Source: Nitrososphaeria archaeon (GTDB lineage Archaea > Thermoproteota > Nitrososphaeria > Nitrososphaerales > JAAOZN01). Taken from it: a stretch of 64,000 nt of DNA. Shown here one piece after another: positions 35,729-45,641 of the stretch (position 1 is the first letter of the stretch; each line of letters starts with the position of its first letter). Made by a program: the position numbers and the translations under genes. A model generated the notes under the pieces. It worked only from the letters and a program-made list of their open reading frames with translations, was not told where the DNA came from and did not search any database. The stretch lies in NCBI GenBank assembly GCA_029775855.1, contig JARVJZ010000004.1:4901-68900 (forward strand), in the 5' to 3' direction.

Positions 35729-37456
35729 TTATAGTGGAAATGGCATAAATGCTCTAAGTAAACATACCGCTGTGACGGTCATTACTACGAGAATTAGAGA
35801 ATGTTTGAACCCTTGAGCTACGCTACTTTCACCCATCTTGCCTGCTACAAGCCCTATTATCCAGCTTTGAAATACCGCTGCGGTAAGCAACATGTCTGTC
35901 GTAGACTTTAAGCTGGCTTGTGTGGTAAGTGGGTTGGCGATGTGTGTAGATGCAAGTGGCTGCATTATGAAGAATATAGTGAGGAATAGGCTGACTACCA
36001 TCAATATCGCTGAGAAGTATGTAATAAATACATATGGTTTAAGTGAAGAGCGTTTTGACCGCTCTAACTCATCTACTTTATACGTGAATGTGGCCATCTC
36101 AACAAAGCTTTTTAGCGTTCCGCCTCCAACATCTATCACCTCCATAACAATGCTTCCTATTACCTTAGTGAGCCAGCTGTTGACTTCCGTGTTGAATGTT
36201 GAAATTACTTTTCGTAGCGGAAGCCCCCAGCTAAGTTGATAGCTCATCTTCTTGATGTGCTTCGTCAAATTACCATAATTCCTATCAGCTAGTGACTCTA
36301 TACACTTTTCAGGAGAAAGCCCCATCTTTCTACCCTCAGCAATGCCTTTAAGAAAGAGTGGAAGCATCTTCTCTAAGGCATACCTATTCTTTGCTTCACG
36401 GTATGCTTGAACTCCTGGTAAAGCTACGCAAACCATAAGCGCTACGGCTGTGATCATATAATGTGGTATAAGGTGTGCGGCACTGTATCTGAGCATAAAG
36501 TAGATGAGTCCACCAACTATTGATGAGATAAAAAAGAGCTTGTATGATCTCCAGTCCATAAACGGCTGCTTAAACTGAATCTGATCTAAAATCCAGATGT
36601 AAATAAAGGATATGAGAGGCACACCTAAAAATGAGAATAGAAGTATGCTCTCTAGACCCGTATTCAGGTTTGATAACATAGTCTGCATCTGATATACCGC
36701 AAAAAGGCTAATCCCCAGCACAGCGGTTAGGATGATGTACGATTCAGCTAGCATACTTATTGTGTCTGAGGCTCTTTTGATCCTAGCACTTCTTTCTTCA
36801 TATATTTCGCTTAGTTTTACGTTAAGGTAGTTTACATGGTCCCCGCCCATCTTTAGAGTTGTGGTGTAGCCGTTAAGAAAGTCTGAAAATGTTCTGTTAG
36901 GGTTGTATTTGGCAGCTTTCTCTAACGCTGAGAGTGGGTCTAAGCCGAACACATCTATATCAACCAATATTCTCTTGGCTTCTTTTGAGGACGCAGGGAA
37001 GATGCTGCTCAACTCCGCTATCCTCCTTAAGGCGATTATAGGCGACAAACCGCCACCCGCCATAGCCGCCATAAAGCCTATCAGAAAAGGGATCTCAGTA
37101 TCAAGAGCAGCTGCACGAGAAGACTGACTAAATTTAGGTGCGTTCCACACAAGTAAAAATGCTAGGGGTGGTACTAAAATTAGAAGAGCGGTTGGGGTTA
37201 CGCCTGCGATTATGCCTAAGATACATCCAAGTGTCGCTACAATAACTGATAATGTGGTAACAAGAAGTGCTACGGAAACCAAGCCTTGAGGAGACACATG
37301 TAGATCTGATTTGAGGAGTTCTTCTTTTAATTCTGGCGTTGCTCTTGAAATCGATTCTGCGTAACGTTGGAATATTCTGTACGCAAATCCTGTGAACTTG
37401 TCGAAAAAGCTGAGGTTCATGTCTAAACGTTCTGAATTGAATCTCCTTACATTCAT
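35729..37456 (-). CDS. FlaJ/TadC-type polytopic membrane platform protein of an archaeal type IV pilus system
   Basis: 575 aa with two T2SS-F-like cytoplasmic domains alternating with TM blocks. It lies immediately downstream of the ATPase gene (1-nt gap). Confidence 0.8.
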   Translation of the reverse strand: MNVRRFNSERLDMNLSFFDKFTGFAYRIFQRYAESISRATPELKEELLKSDLHVSPQGLVSVALLVTTLSVIVATLGCILGIIAGVTPTALLILVPPLAFLLVWNAPKFSQSSRAAALDTEIPFLIGFMAAMAGGGLSPIIALRRIAELSSIFPASSKEAKRILVDIDVFGLDPLSALEKAAKYNPNRTFSDFLNGYTTTLKMGGDHVNYLNVKLSEIYEERSARIKRASDTISMLAESYIILTAVLGISLFAVYQMQTMLSNLNTGLESILLFSFLGVPLISFIYIWILDQIQFKQPFMDWRSYKLFFISSIVGGLIYFMLRYSAAHLIPHYMITAVALMVCVALPGVQAYREAKNRYALEKMLPLFLKGIAEGRKMGLSPEKCIESLADRNYGNLTKHIKKMSYQLSWGLPLRKVISTFNTEVNSWLTKVIGSIVMEVIDVGGGTLKSFVEMATFTYKVDELERSKRSSLKPYVFITYFSAILMVVSLFLTIFFIMQPLASTHIANPLTTQASLKSTTDMLLTAAVFQSWIIGLVAGKMGESSVAQGFKHSLILVVMTVTAVCLLRAFMPFPL

Positions 37457-37457
37457 T

Positions 37458-39050
37458 CTAAAACACTTCCGCCTCGATCTCTACATCCATCTTCGGCAGT
37501 TCGGCTGATATCTTAGAAAACATGCTGTTGGGGGATGAGGCGTAATCTTCTAAAATCAGAGAGAGTTCTTTGTAGTTTCTGATGTTCTTTTGCTGAACCC
37601 ATTTCAACACAAGACTTCTCCTTCTTATCTCATCTTCCAATTCTTCTATCGAGAGGCCAAGGTCTCTTGATAACCTTGCGAGCTTTATGCTCTTCTTAAA
37701 GGGTTGAGCGGTAAATGTGTCTGAAATTGGATCCCACTCGAACATCTTGAGGTAGTTTCCAACGTTTATCACTTCTTCGACCGATACTATTCTTCTAATG
37801 ATCTTTGAACTCGATTGAGAGGGCAACGTGATTCTTTTGATCACAAATACGAGGTCGAGAAATGGTATGAAAGAGGGTGCTACATCCATAGGTTTTGATG
37901 TTAGACGCTGTATAGCTGAAGCTGCATCGTCAGCATGTAGGGTACAAAGCCCTCCATGCCCAGTTCCTATTGCTTGAAATAGCACGTAAGCTTCTTCTCC
38001 CCGCACTTCACCTACTACAAGAATGTCTGGTCTCATCCTCATTGCAACCTTTACAAGATCAAACAGACCAACTTCAGTCGATCTTTCACCACCTGTGTAG
38101 TAGATCGGTCTGGAAGTGAGGGCAACCCAGTTTGAATGTGCTATATTTATCTCTCTGACCTCTTCTATTGTGATGAGTTTTGAATTCATGCGGGTTAGTG
38201 TTAGAAGTGCGTTTAGCAGCGTGGTTTTGCCAGAGCCTGTAGTTCCGACTACTACGGCCGTAGCTCTATTCTCCATCAGCAGCCAAGCATATGCTGCTAA
38301 GGTGTGGTTTAGCACGTTTAGGTTGAGCATATCCACTATGGTGATAGGGTCCTCTCTGAACTTTCGTATTGTGAAGGTGCCGCCGTTGGGCGAAATTTCA
38401 CGCTTATATGTCGCTGATAACCTATGCCCCCCTGGTAGGGTGCCTTGGATTATTGGGTAGGCTGTTGATATATGCTTTCCAGACATGTGACATAATCGTG
38501 TTATTAAGTTGTCTACAGATTCTTCTTCCTTTAGTTTGATGTTGGTTGCGAGGCTCTCGTATCTGCGGTGGAATACAAAGACTGGTCTTCCAACACCGTC
38601 TAAAGATATGTCCTCTATGTTTGGATCTCTCATAAGTCCGTCCAGTATGCCGAATCCTACCAAGTCTCTTTCTGCATAGTAGAGTATCTTGTTCCAAGAG
38701 GTTAAGGAGACTTTTCTCTTATATTTTATCAGCACCCTCTTACCCTGCTGCATAAAGTATTCCCTTGGGTTGATCTTATCTCTCGGCACTGTAAGCTCGT
38801 TTTCTAGAATGTTGAGAAGGTGTGTGTATACGCTTGCCTCTATAGGGTTTAGAGGCACCTCGTCCAAGAAGTAGATCTTTGTTGATGAAGAAGGTTCCTG
38901 GGCTATTGTTGCGTAAGCGAATGGTGCGTTTAAAGGGTAGCGCTCCAAGATCTTGTAGGATGCTGGTATAGCTTCGCCAAGCGTGGGGAATCTTAACTGC
39001 TCTTCTTGCTCTCTTGTATTTCTTTTGAGCATCTTAAAGATCTGTACCAA
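37458..39050 (-). CDS. FlaI/PilB/VirB11-family secretion ATPase (archaeal type IV pilus assembly ATPase)
   Basis: Walker A VVGTTGSGKTTLLNALL. Asp/His boxes (RPDILVVGEVRGEEA and GTGHGGLCTLHA). Confidence 0.9.
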   Translation of the reverse strand: MVQIFKMLKRNTREQEEQLRFPTLGEAIPASYKILERYPLNAPFAYATIAQEPSSSTKIYFLDEVPLNPIEASVYTHLLNILENELTVPRDKINPREYFMQQGKRVLIKYKRKVSLTSWNKILYYAERDLVGFGILDGLMRDPNIEDISLDGVGRPVFVFHRRYESLATNIKLKEEESVDNLITRLCHMSGKHISTAYPIIQGTLPGGHRLSATYKREISPNGGTFTIRKFREDPITIVDMLNLNVLNHTLAAYAWLLMENRATAVVVGTTGSGKTTLLNALLTLTRMNSKLITIEEVREINIAHSNWVALTSRPIYYTGGERSTEVGLFDLVKVAMRMRPDILVVGEVRGEEAYVLFQAIGTGHGGLCTLHADDAASAIQRLTSKPMDVAPSFIPFLDLVFVIKRITLPSQSSSKIIRRIVSVEEVINVGNYLKMFEWDPISDTFTAQPFKKSIKLARLSRDLGLSIEELEDEIRRRSLVLKWVQQKNIRNYKELSLILEDYASSPNSMFSKISAELPKMDVEIEAEVF

Positions 39051-39056
39051 AGCTTT

Positions 39057-40061
39057 TCACCCACTGTATAGTGTGGTGACATAAGGTGAATTTTGACCAT
39101 AGTTTGCAGGCGTGCTCCATATTTGACTGTAGTCTACGCCGATCCAGCCGTGAGAGAGTATTAGCACACCAGCTAAGGTGCCAGAAGGTGGAACTTCATC
39201 GCCCGAAAGTGTAACCGGCTGAAATGTGTAAGGTGTTCTTGACGCAAAGACAAGTACTTTTGGCTTATCGTATTCTAGTTCGATGGGTGTGTAGGTGTTT
39301 AATATTGTGTTTGACTGGTTTGAGACTATGTACCAAGTAGCTCTTCTCATGCTTGAACCTACTCCCCAAAACTGAAATATTCTGGTATATCCATCTAGGA
39401 TTATATTCTTCTGGGCTGCGTTAAGATTTGTTACAACAACTGAAAAGGCTGACGAGTATGTGCTGATAAAACTTCTTGGTATTGTGAAGGCTTGACCTTG
39501 ATAATATAATGTTTGGTAGGAGACGCGGTAATACCCATAAGAGTCAAAGTCGAGGTAAAGATCTCCTATAGCTCCACTAGATAGGGCTCTGGCTGCTAAC
39601 TCGTTATTTACAGGAGGGTATGTCGCTGAATATATGTTTCCTCTTTCAGTTAAGAGCTTAACTTGATATTGGGTGGCGCTGCTGTATACTACGTCAGTAT
39701 TTATGGTTTCTGAAGCAAGTGGATTCAAGAAGATAGGTAGCTTTGGAGCTATGGATGTGCTGCTCGTATTATAATATGCAAGTATCTGCCCTTCTTTATT
39801 TCGCACAGTGAGCGCAACTACAGCCGAAGAGATCACACCTTTATTAGTGACCACTACTCTCATTTGATCATTTACAAAGTCCACCATAAGTTCTAACTTT
39901 TCTTTTAATATATCCTGCGCTTGTGCGCTGTTTTCGACATGTGCTCGAACGTAAAGCTTGTTAATCTGATTTACGGCGATTAAGTAAGTAGTTCCTACAG
40001 TAAAGAGCATCGTAAAGAGCATCGCAGCAGCAACAATGCCAGAGACACCCCGCTTTAACAT
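39057..40061 (-). CDS. Pilin-like protein with class III signal peptide (large minor pilin or accessory protein)
   Basis: The N-terminus MLKRGVSGIVAAAMLFTMLFTV has a basic residue, then Gly, then a hydrophobic helix, which is the prepilin peptidase substrate pattern. The remainder is beta-rich and Ser/Thr/Tyr-rich. Confidence 0.5.
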   Translation of the reverse strand: MLKRGVSGIVAAAMLFTMLFTVGTTYLIAVNQINKLYVRAHVENSAQAQDILKEKLELMVDFVNDQMRVVVTNKGVISSAVVALTVRNKEGQILAYYNTSSTSIAPKLPIFLNPLASETINTDVVYSSATQYQVKLLTERGNIYSATYPPVNNELAARALSSGAIGDLYLDFDSYGYYRVSYQTLYYQGQAFTIPRSFISTYSSAFSVVVTNLNAAQKNIILDGYTRIFQFWGVGSSMRRATWYIVSNQSNTILNTYTPIELEYDKPKVLVFASRTPYTFQPVTLSGDEVPPSGTLAGVLILSHGWIGVDYSQIWSTPANYGQNSPYVTTLYSG

Positions 40062-40064
40062 TCT

Positions 40065-40625
40065 TTACCACCTTTGGTAGTATATGAATATGTTTCCGTG
40101 CTTACCTAGTAAATTCACATAGTATGTTCGTCCGTTTACAAAGCCTTGCCATCCTTGAGGTATCAATAATGTGATTGTAGAGGCTTTCCCAGAAGAGAGT
40201 TTGAAGCTGGACAGCCTAGGCACTTCAAGTAAAGGGTTATTGTCTACTAGCACGTAGGTGGTGGGTTCGTTTAGATTTACGACATGAGATGCGTTATATA
40301 AGTAGTATAGCGATCTAGAGTGGTTGTAGACCAAGATTTGGTTGAACTCTAAATCTACTCCTCCACTATTATAGAGCCAGATAGTGACTGAGTTTATAGT
40401 GTAGTTTAAGTCGAGGATAGTAGCTTTCTCGTTAAGAAAGTTAACAACATCTTCCACACTCTTACCGTATAGGTTAACGCTTTCTGTGCTTCGAGCGTTT
40501 ATGTAGTAGAAGATTGCTGAGCCTGAGATGATTGTTATAGTGACTGTGAGAAGAGTAGCCATAAGCTCAGATATTCCAGCTCTCCTACGCATAATACGTG
40601 CAGCACGCATATCTACACGCTTCAC
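40065..40625 (-). CDS. Pilin-like protein with class III signal peptide
   Basis: RRRAGISELMATLLTVTITIISG motif. The listed start is GTG at 40625. An ATG at 40610 (MRAARIM...) lies about 30 nt downstream of a TATA-like box, so the true start may be there. Confidence 0.55.
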   Translation of the reverse strand: MKRVDMRAARIMRRRAGISELMATLLTVTITIISGSAIFYYINARSTESVNLYGKSVEDVVNFLNEKATILDLNYTINSVTIWLYNSGGVDLEFNQILVYNHSRSLYYLYNASHVVNLNEPTTYVLVDNNPLLEVPRLSSFKLSSGKASTITLLIPQGWQGFVNGRTYYVNLLGKHGNIFIYYQRW

Positions 40626-40635
40626 AACAACCAGA

Positions 40636-40643
40636 TTTTATAT
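40636..40643 (-). promoter_or_regulatory. Candidate TATA box for the pilus assembly operon
   Basis: The minus strand reads ATATAAAA, centred about 30 nt upstream of the ATG at 40610. Read by eye only. Confidence 0.3.
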
Positions 40644-40684
40644 CATTTATGTAGCAATGATATGGATTACTAATATATTTCGAA

Positions 40685-40723
40685 ATAAAAAAATATTCTA
40701 GAAGCGCCACCAGCACCGGCGCT
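40685..40723 (-). terminator. Hairpin plus oligo-T downstream of the major pilin gene
   Basis: A GC-rich stem (agcgcc/ggcgct, 40703-40708 and 40718-40723) with a 9-nt loop starts 23 nt after the pilin stop. On the transcribed strand it is followed by a T7 run (40687-40693). Confidence 0.4.
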
Positions 40724-40745
40724 TGACTACGTAGCCCTAACCAGC

Positions 40746-41213
40746 CTATACGAAGGTTCCAACGAAAGGTACTTGGGCACCGTTCGATAGTACAACTGCG
40801 CCTGTGAACTGCTGACCTGAGGTAGGTAGACTACTAAGACCAGTTATATAAATGGTTTGAGTACCGCCAGCTGAGATTGTACCACTACTAGCACTGGCAA
40901 AGTATGTTGAGCCACCATATGTTAGTGAAAGGCCGCTTATGCCTATGCTGCTTGTTCCAGAGTTAACTAATATTATGGTTCCGACATAATTTTGTGGTTC
41001 TTGACCAACTTGGATCACGAATGTTCCTGCTTGTTGCGGAACCGCTATTTGGGCATATGTTACCGAGACTTGTGCTGTTGAGGTTTGTGAGCTGAAGACG
41101 CCGAATATGAATCCGCCTACGGCTACTGCTGCGACGAGTGTGACCGCTACGAGTGTCAGTGTGGCTATGATGGGTGATATCGCTTTCCTCTTGTTTCTAC
41201 ATCTTCCTTGCAT
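40746..41213 (-). CDS. Major archaeal type IV pilin (class III signal peptide, DUF1628-like N-terminus)
   Basis: NKRKAISPIIATLTLVAVTLVAAVAV matches the archaeal prepilin motif. The body is a Gly/Ser/Thr-rich beta domain. The ORF track starts at TTG 41231. I prefer ATG 41213 because a TATA-like box is centred 26 nt upstream of it. Confidence 0.75.
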   Translation of the reverse strand: MQGRCRNKRKAISPIIATLTLVAVTLVAAVAVGGFIFGVFSSQTSTAQVSVTYAQIAVPQQAGTFVIQVGQEPQNYVGTIILVNSGTSSIGISGLSLTYGGSTYFASASSGTISAGGTQTIYITGLSSLPTSGQQFTGAVVLSNGAQVPFVGTFV

Positions 41214-41234
41214 AGGCGGATGAAGGTTCAACTT

Positions 41235-41243
41235 AATTTAAAA
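41235..41243 (-). promoter_or_regulatory. Candidate TATA box of the pilin gene (leaderless transcript)
   Basis: The minus strand reads TTTTAAATT, starting 30 nt upstream of ATG 41213. Confidence 0.4.
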
Positions 41244-41331
41244 TTCTTGTGGATTCTCGCTTTATCTTCTAAATATGGAATCAGAATACATAAGATTTAA
41301 AATGTGTTACTAGCATCTTTATACCCTTGAT

Positions 41332-41832
41332 ATGGAGCCAGTAACGAAATCGATTATGGACGCATCTATGTTGCGTATAGTGAGGGAGACGCAGAGCACA
41401 CTTGCACAGCTCATAGAGATGCACGATTTACAGACAAACTATACTCTAAGACTCTTGGGTTCATTAAGGTCTCTTCAAGCATTTATCAAAGATACTATTC
41501 CAGTAGACCCGAATAAGCTTGGATGCCCCTATCACAACATCAAAGAAGCATATCTACTACCAGAAGCCCAGATACTAATGATTAGAGAAGATGGCAAAAT
41601 AGCATCCGAATCGCTAACCAGTTTGGAGCCCGCTAAAGTATTAGCAGTACTAGAGGAGTGCCTACCAGCCATCAACCAAATCATAGCAGCGAAGAAGCAG
41701 ATGGTTGAGGAGCGAGTCGAACTGCTTGAGCAGCTGGTAAAGGAGTTCAAGAAGATCAATGAAACACTGAACCCTGTAGATGAAAGTAATTTAGCCGAAG
41801 ATGTTGTTCAAAAGGCGCTTAGTGAAGCATAA
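41332..41832 (+). CDS. Hypothetical protein
   Basis: ORF only. Predicted helical and acidic. No motif recognised. Confidence 0.4.
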   Translation: MEPVTKSIMDASMLRIVRETQSTLAQLIEMHDLQTNYTLRLLGSLRSLQAFIKDTIPVDPNKLGCPYHNIKEAYLLPEAQILMIREDGKIASESLTSLEPAKVLAVLEECLPAINQIIAAKKQMVEERVELLEQLVKEFKKINETLNPVDESNLAEDVVQKALSEA

Positions 41833-41844
41833 AGAGGAAGACTT

Positions 41845-42327
41845 TTGAACATAAAGCAGGAGAAAGCCCAAGTAATAGATGGGTTGAAGACCTTCTACGA
41901 ATTTGAGGAGCTAAAAGCTTTCGGCAGTGACCTATTAAGATACTATGAAGCGAGAGTGGAGCAATACAGCCAAAGACTAGACACAATGCTTAGGCAACAA
42001 AGTAATGGAAAGGGCGTGGTCAACAAGCCTCAATCTCATATTTCTAGTGGGTGGATTAGAGTCGGAACTTTAGTTGTCAACATGAGTAACCCCGTTCAAG
42101 CGACGACCGAACTCCTCTTTAAGCTGCTTGAAGATGCCAAAGCTAAACTAGATGCGACGAAATCCTTTCTTGAATCGTTAGAGAGTGTCTTAAACATAGG
42201 CGCGAATAAAGAAGTAAACTATCTTCTATGCGTAAGGAATGGTGTCCCAGAGAAAATAATCCTTGAGGAGCGTAAGAGGGGTAAGGAATTTAACTATAAT
42301 GTGAAGCTTCAAGTAGTATCTGATTAG
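41845..42327 (+). CDS. Hypothetical protein (helical/coiled-coil-like)
   Basis: ORF only. It starts 12 nt after the previous gene. Its 3' end overlaps the convergent VWA gene by 4 nt. Confidence 0.4.
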   Translation: MNIKQEKAQVIDGLKTFYEFEELKAFGSDLLRYYEARVEQYSQRLDTMLRQQSNGKGVVNKPQSHISSGWIRVGTLVVNMSNPVQATTELLFKLLEDAKAKLDATKSFLESLESVLNIGANKEVNYLLCVRNGVPEKIILEERKRGKEFNYNVKLQVVSD

Positions 42328-43985
42328 AAGAGACTAGAAAGTTCAAAGTATGCTCTTACAAAAAACTTCATCATCTGATAGGGCTCCATCAAATCGCAGT
42401 TTACGGTAAAGAACCCACGTATAGATGGATTAGTTATACCTATACCAAGCAGAAGCACGCCAGACCTAGACGTTTTACGTATCTTAAAAACAAGTTCGCG
42501 CTCTATACCTGTATACCCAACAGGATACCCATCGGATATAACCATCAAGATCCTGGGTTCAACAGGAAGGGAGGTTAGGGCTTTGGAGCAAACTGAAATC
42601 GCATCTGGCAGAAAGGTAGAGCCACCTTGTAGTAAACCACCGATACGTGCCTTAACATCCATAGAGTACGGTTCGTTGAAGTCCTTAAGAACAAGAAAGT
42701 TGTTATTAAACGCAAATAGACCCCAGAGGTTGCGCTCAGAGAATAGATCTTTTGCCACCTCAGCCAAACATACTGCCAACTTCCTAACTTCGGGTGCTGT
42801 GGAACCAATGCTTTTACTTGCGTCGAGCAGAATAGCCCAGGCTTCACGTTTAAGCACTTTCTCATCTCTTGTGAAGACATCATTTCTTAAACTCCTTGAA
42901 GCTACAACCTGTATCGCGGTCTGCGTATCCAACTGCCCACTTTCGTCACCGCTTACTTCATCTTCAGCCGTCTTTAGCAACCTAAGTTGATTCCTGATAT
43001 TTGCTATAACCCCTGCCAGATTAGCCCTTATACGAAGAAACATCGCATAGTCACCACGTGGGACCACTAAATCCTCAAGTCTCGTGGCGGCGATGATTTT
43101 TTCAAACCGCTCCTTTAGCTTATTTATTTTAACCTCCGCTGCTTCGAATTCTTGCAAGTTTTCTAGTTTCTCATCTCTCAATTCTTCTGCCTTCAAACCT
43201 AAACTACTGAAGCTTCTACGTAAAAGTTCTTGGGATTCATCTATCGAACTCCCTTTGAAAACATTTGTTCTACCATGTGACTCGGTGTAGGGAAAAGAAG
43301 GAATCTCTGTCAACGACCCTCTTCTATATAGAGCGGAATACATAAGTTGTGCGCCTTCTATAAGTTTGTTCTGTTCACCGCTTTCAACTGCCTCGAGCAC
43401 AAGCTCCCTGAGCTTCTTGGTAGTTTTTATCGCTTCTACATCCAGCGGTGTTAAAGAACGCATACTATTCTCTAACCCCCATGCCGCCAACAAGAGAACT
43501 GTAGCGTATCTAAGAGGCTCATCGTAGAGAAGCATATGCTGATTTAGTCGCAGTGCAGAGAGGTAATTAGAGTATGCTATATCATAAAGGATACCAGGGT
43601 GGTTCTTAGCAGCTCTGTATGTTGCGTGTAGGTCTTCAAGAAGTGTCACACAAAATATTGCAGCCTTTGTATCCTTGCCCTTAGCCCAAGACTTGTAAAC
43701 CTCAAAGTTTGAGTACGCTATGTGAATTGCTGCGTGATACAGTGAAGCCTTGAATGTTCTCCATAAATTTGACCAGCCCTCTACATTAGTTTCATAATAC
43801 TCGCCGTGGAGGGTATAAAGGTCGCTTCTTAAGCGCTTTGGAAGAGGTATTTTGACGACATACCCTGCCTCATCAAATGATAATATCGGGTAAGTTAAAT
43901 GTTCATCTAAGATCAACCTTACTTTATCGAAGTCTTTCTGCGCTATGTCTATAAAGGTGTTCCAAGCAAAGTTAAGTATGTTCAT
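42324..43985 (-). CDS. NorD/CbbO/CobT-like protein with C-terminal von Willebrand factor A domain
   Basis: The C-terminal VWA domain has the MIDAS motif AILLDASKSIGS and a later ISDGYP. The long helical N-terminal region and the position downstream of a NorQ-like AAA+ gene fit this family. Confidence 0.7.
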   Translation of the reverse strand: MNILNFAWNTFIDIAQKDFDKVRLILDEHLTYPILSFDEAGYVVKIPLPKRLRSDLYTLHGEYYETNVEGWSNLWRTFKASLYHAAIHIAYSNFEVYKSWAKGKDTKAAIFCVTLLEDLHATYRAAKNHPGILYDIAYSNYLSALRLNQHMLLYDEPLRYATVLLLAAWGLENSMRSLTPLDVEAIKTTKKLRELVLEAVESGEQNKLIEGAQLMYSALYRRGSLTEIPSFPYTESHGRTNVFKGSSIDESQELLRRSFSSLGLKAEELRDEKLENLQEFEAAEVKINKLKERFEKIIAATRLEDLVVPRGDYAMFLRIRANLAGVIANIRNQLRLLKTAEDEVSGDESGQLDTQTAIQVVASRSLRNDVFTRDEKVLKREAWAILLDASKSIGSTAPEVRKLAVCLAEVAKDLFSERNLWGLFAFNNNFLVLKDFNEPYSMDVKARIGGLLQGGSTFLPDAISVCSKALTSLPVEPRILMVISDGYPVGYTGIERELVFKIRKTSRSGVLLLGIGITNPSIRGFFTVNCDLMEPYQMMKFFVRAYFELSSLF

Positions 43986-44001
43986 AGACAGGGTTGCAAC
44001 T

Positions 44002-44985
44002 CTATTTTTTCTTGCTGAAGATCAGCTGCAGCGTTGTTCTAATGCTGTTCTGCACCTCTGCGTCATCTGATGCCACACCTACAATGGTCTCTTCAGCAGC
44101 CACAAGAGGTGGTAACCCATCTGCTATGAGCGTTGCCCAGTTGATTAGGTCTCCCACAGAAGGTGCGTAGGGTAAGTCTCCACTCTTATATCGTCTTCTT
44201 AATTCAGCAGCAGCCCTTACTATACTCTCGGATAATTCTCTTGAAACCTTTGTTCTTTCGCATACAAGATCTATTTCACGCTCTGAAATGTTTGAACCAA
44301 CGCTTAAATAGTCGAAGTTTATCCATACGCTTAGCCTCCTCCTAAAGGCTACGTTAAGAGGCTTTGTCCCGGCAAATTCGACTGAATATGGGTTCATGCT
44401 AATAATTACGTAACCGTATTTATGTCTGGGTATTACCTCGTTGTCTTTTTCTGCCAAGACAAGATGCCCTCTAGTATCTAGGAGTGGGTTAAGGCGTGTT
44501 GCTACATCTTGCTTCATCATATTAGCCTCATCAAGATAGAGAATCCCACCGTGCCTACACCAAGAAACAATCAAGCCGTCTACCCAGTTCTCCTTACCAA
44601 GACCGACAAACCTCCCGAACAAATCATATACAGATGTCTGAAGACTGCAGTTAATCTCCCAAAGAGGTAAACCCGCAATCTTCGCGACCAAGTAAACTAC
44701 ATGTGTCTTGCCAGTTCCACTCGGTCCTATGAGCGCACACTGCTTAAAGTGATAGAGGGCACGCATAAGTCTTTGAACATACCGCTCAGTGTCTACAAAT
44801 TCAGGGACATCTCTTGGCACAAGGTTCTTTAGTGATTCCGGTAGTACGTAGCCGGCGCTAAGATCATATTGTGACACCTCATATTTTGTCTTAAGCCTCC
44901 CTTCACCAACCTTCTGTGTGATGTCAAGCTTTAGGCGAAGCTTAACATTAGCACCCTCGGCCCTAACTACCTTTTCAACACTCAA
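44002..44985 (-). CDS. AAA+ ATPase of the MoxR class, CbbQ/NorQ-like (AAA_5)
   Basis: Walker A ALIGPSGTGKTHV, Walker B GILYLDEANM, sensor/Arg region NVAFRRRL. Confidence 0.8.
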   Translation of the reverse strand: MSVEKVVRAEGANVKLRLKLDITQKVGEGRLKTKYEVSQYDLSAGYVLPESLKNLVPRDVPEFVDTERYVQRLMRALYHFKQCALIGPSGTGKTHVVYLVAKIAGLPLWEINCSLQTSVYDLFGRFVGLGKENWVDGLIVSWCRHGGILYLDEANMMKQDVATRLNPLLDTRGHLVLAEKDNEVIPRHKYGYVIISMNPYSVEFAGTKPLNVAFRRRLSVWINFDYLSVGSNISEREIDLVCERTKVSRELSESIVRAAAELRRRYKSGDLPYAPSVGDLINWATLIADGLPPLVAAEETIVGVASDDAEVQNSIRTTLQLIFSKKK

Positions 44986-45090
44986 CTTCTTTCTAGTATT
45001 TGAAAACGCTTTAACAGATTAAACATTTATGAATTTAAGATATGTAGCTGAAATCCGTCTAACTTTTAACTCAAGGCTTTGTAGAAGTGG

Positions 45091-45501
45091 ATGATGGAAA
45101 TCATCGTCCTTTTGACAAGCATCCAAGCTACCAGATTATCAGAGGAGACTGATGAAGACGCTGATGTGGTATTCGAAGTAGATGCATCACTCTCTGAAAC
45201 GCGACGTTCATCGGACAAGATGAACATAAGGTTTAAGATAGACCTAGAGACTCAACCACAGATAGCCAAGGTCTCGCTTTCGGGTCTAACAACGATACAG
45301 GGAGAAGCAGATGAGGTGGAAAGGCTGATACACGTACAAGAAAGAAAACCTCCAAAAATATTCATGAAAATCTACCATAGACTTTACCCAACACTCTATC
45401 TACTATGCTGCGCATTAAAGATACCTTGCCCAGGACCAAAGCTTCTAGTAAACACAAACATAGTAGAAGCACAGGAGGTCCCCCAAAACGTTGAATCTTA
45501 G
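45091..45501 (+). CDS. Hypothetical protein
   Basis: ORF only. Confidence 0.35.
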   Translation: MMEIIVLLTSIQATRLSEETDEDADVVFEVDASLSETRRSSDKMNIRFKIDLETQPQIAKVSLSGLTTIQGEADEVERLIHVQERKPPKIFMKIYHRLYPTLYLLCCALKIPCPGPKLLVNTNIVEAQEVPQNVES

Positions 45502-45641
45502 AAAAGATTTGAGCAAAGTTCTTACCTTTAAAGCTAGATTATTACTCAATATTGCTCAAAAAGACTCAAAATTTAGAAGCCAGTTATTAATCTTTAACAC
45601 ACAACTATTATATAATATTCCGTACAAGAATTAGAGGTAGA

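Noticed and set aside
41214-41231. The TTG start at 41231 for the pilin gene, which adds MNLHPP.
   Set aside because: A TATA-like box is centred 26 nt upstream of the first ATG (41213). This fits a leaderless transcript. The TTG would lie only a few nt from the box.
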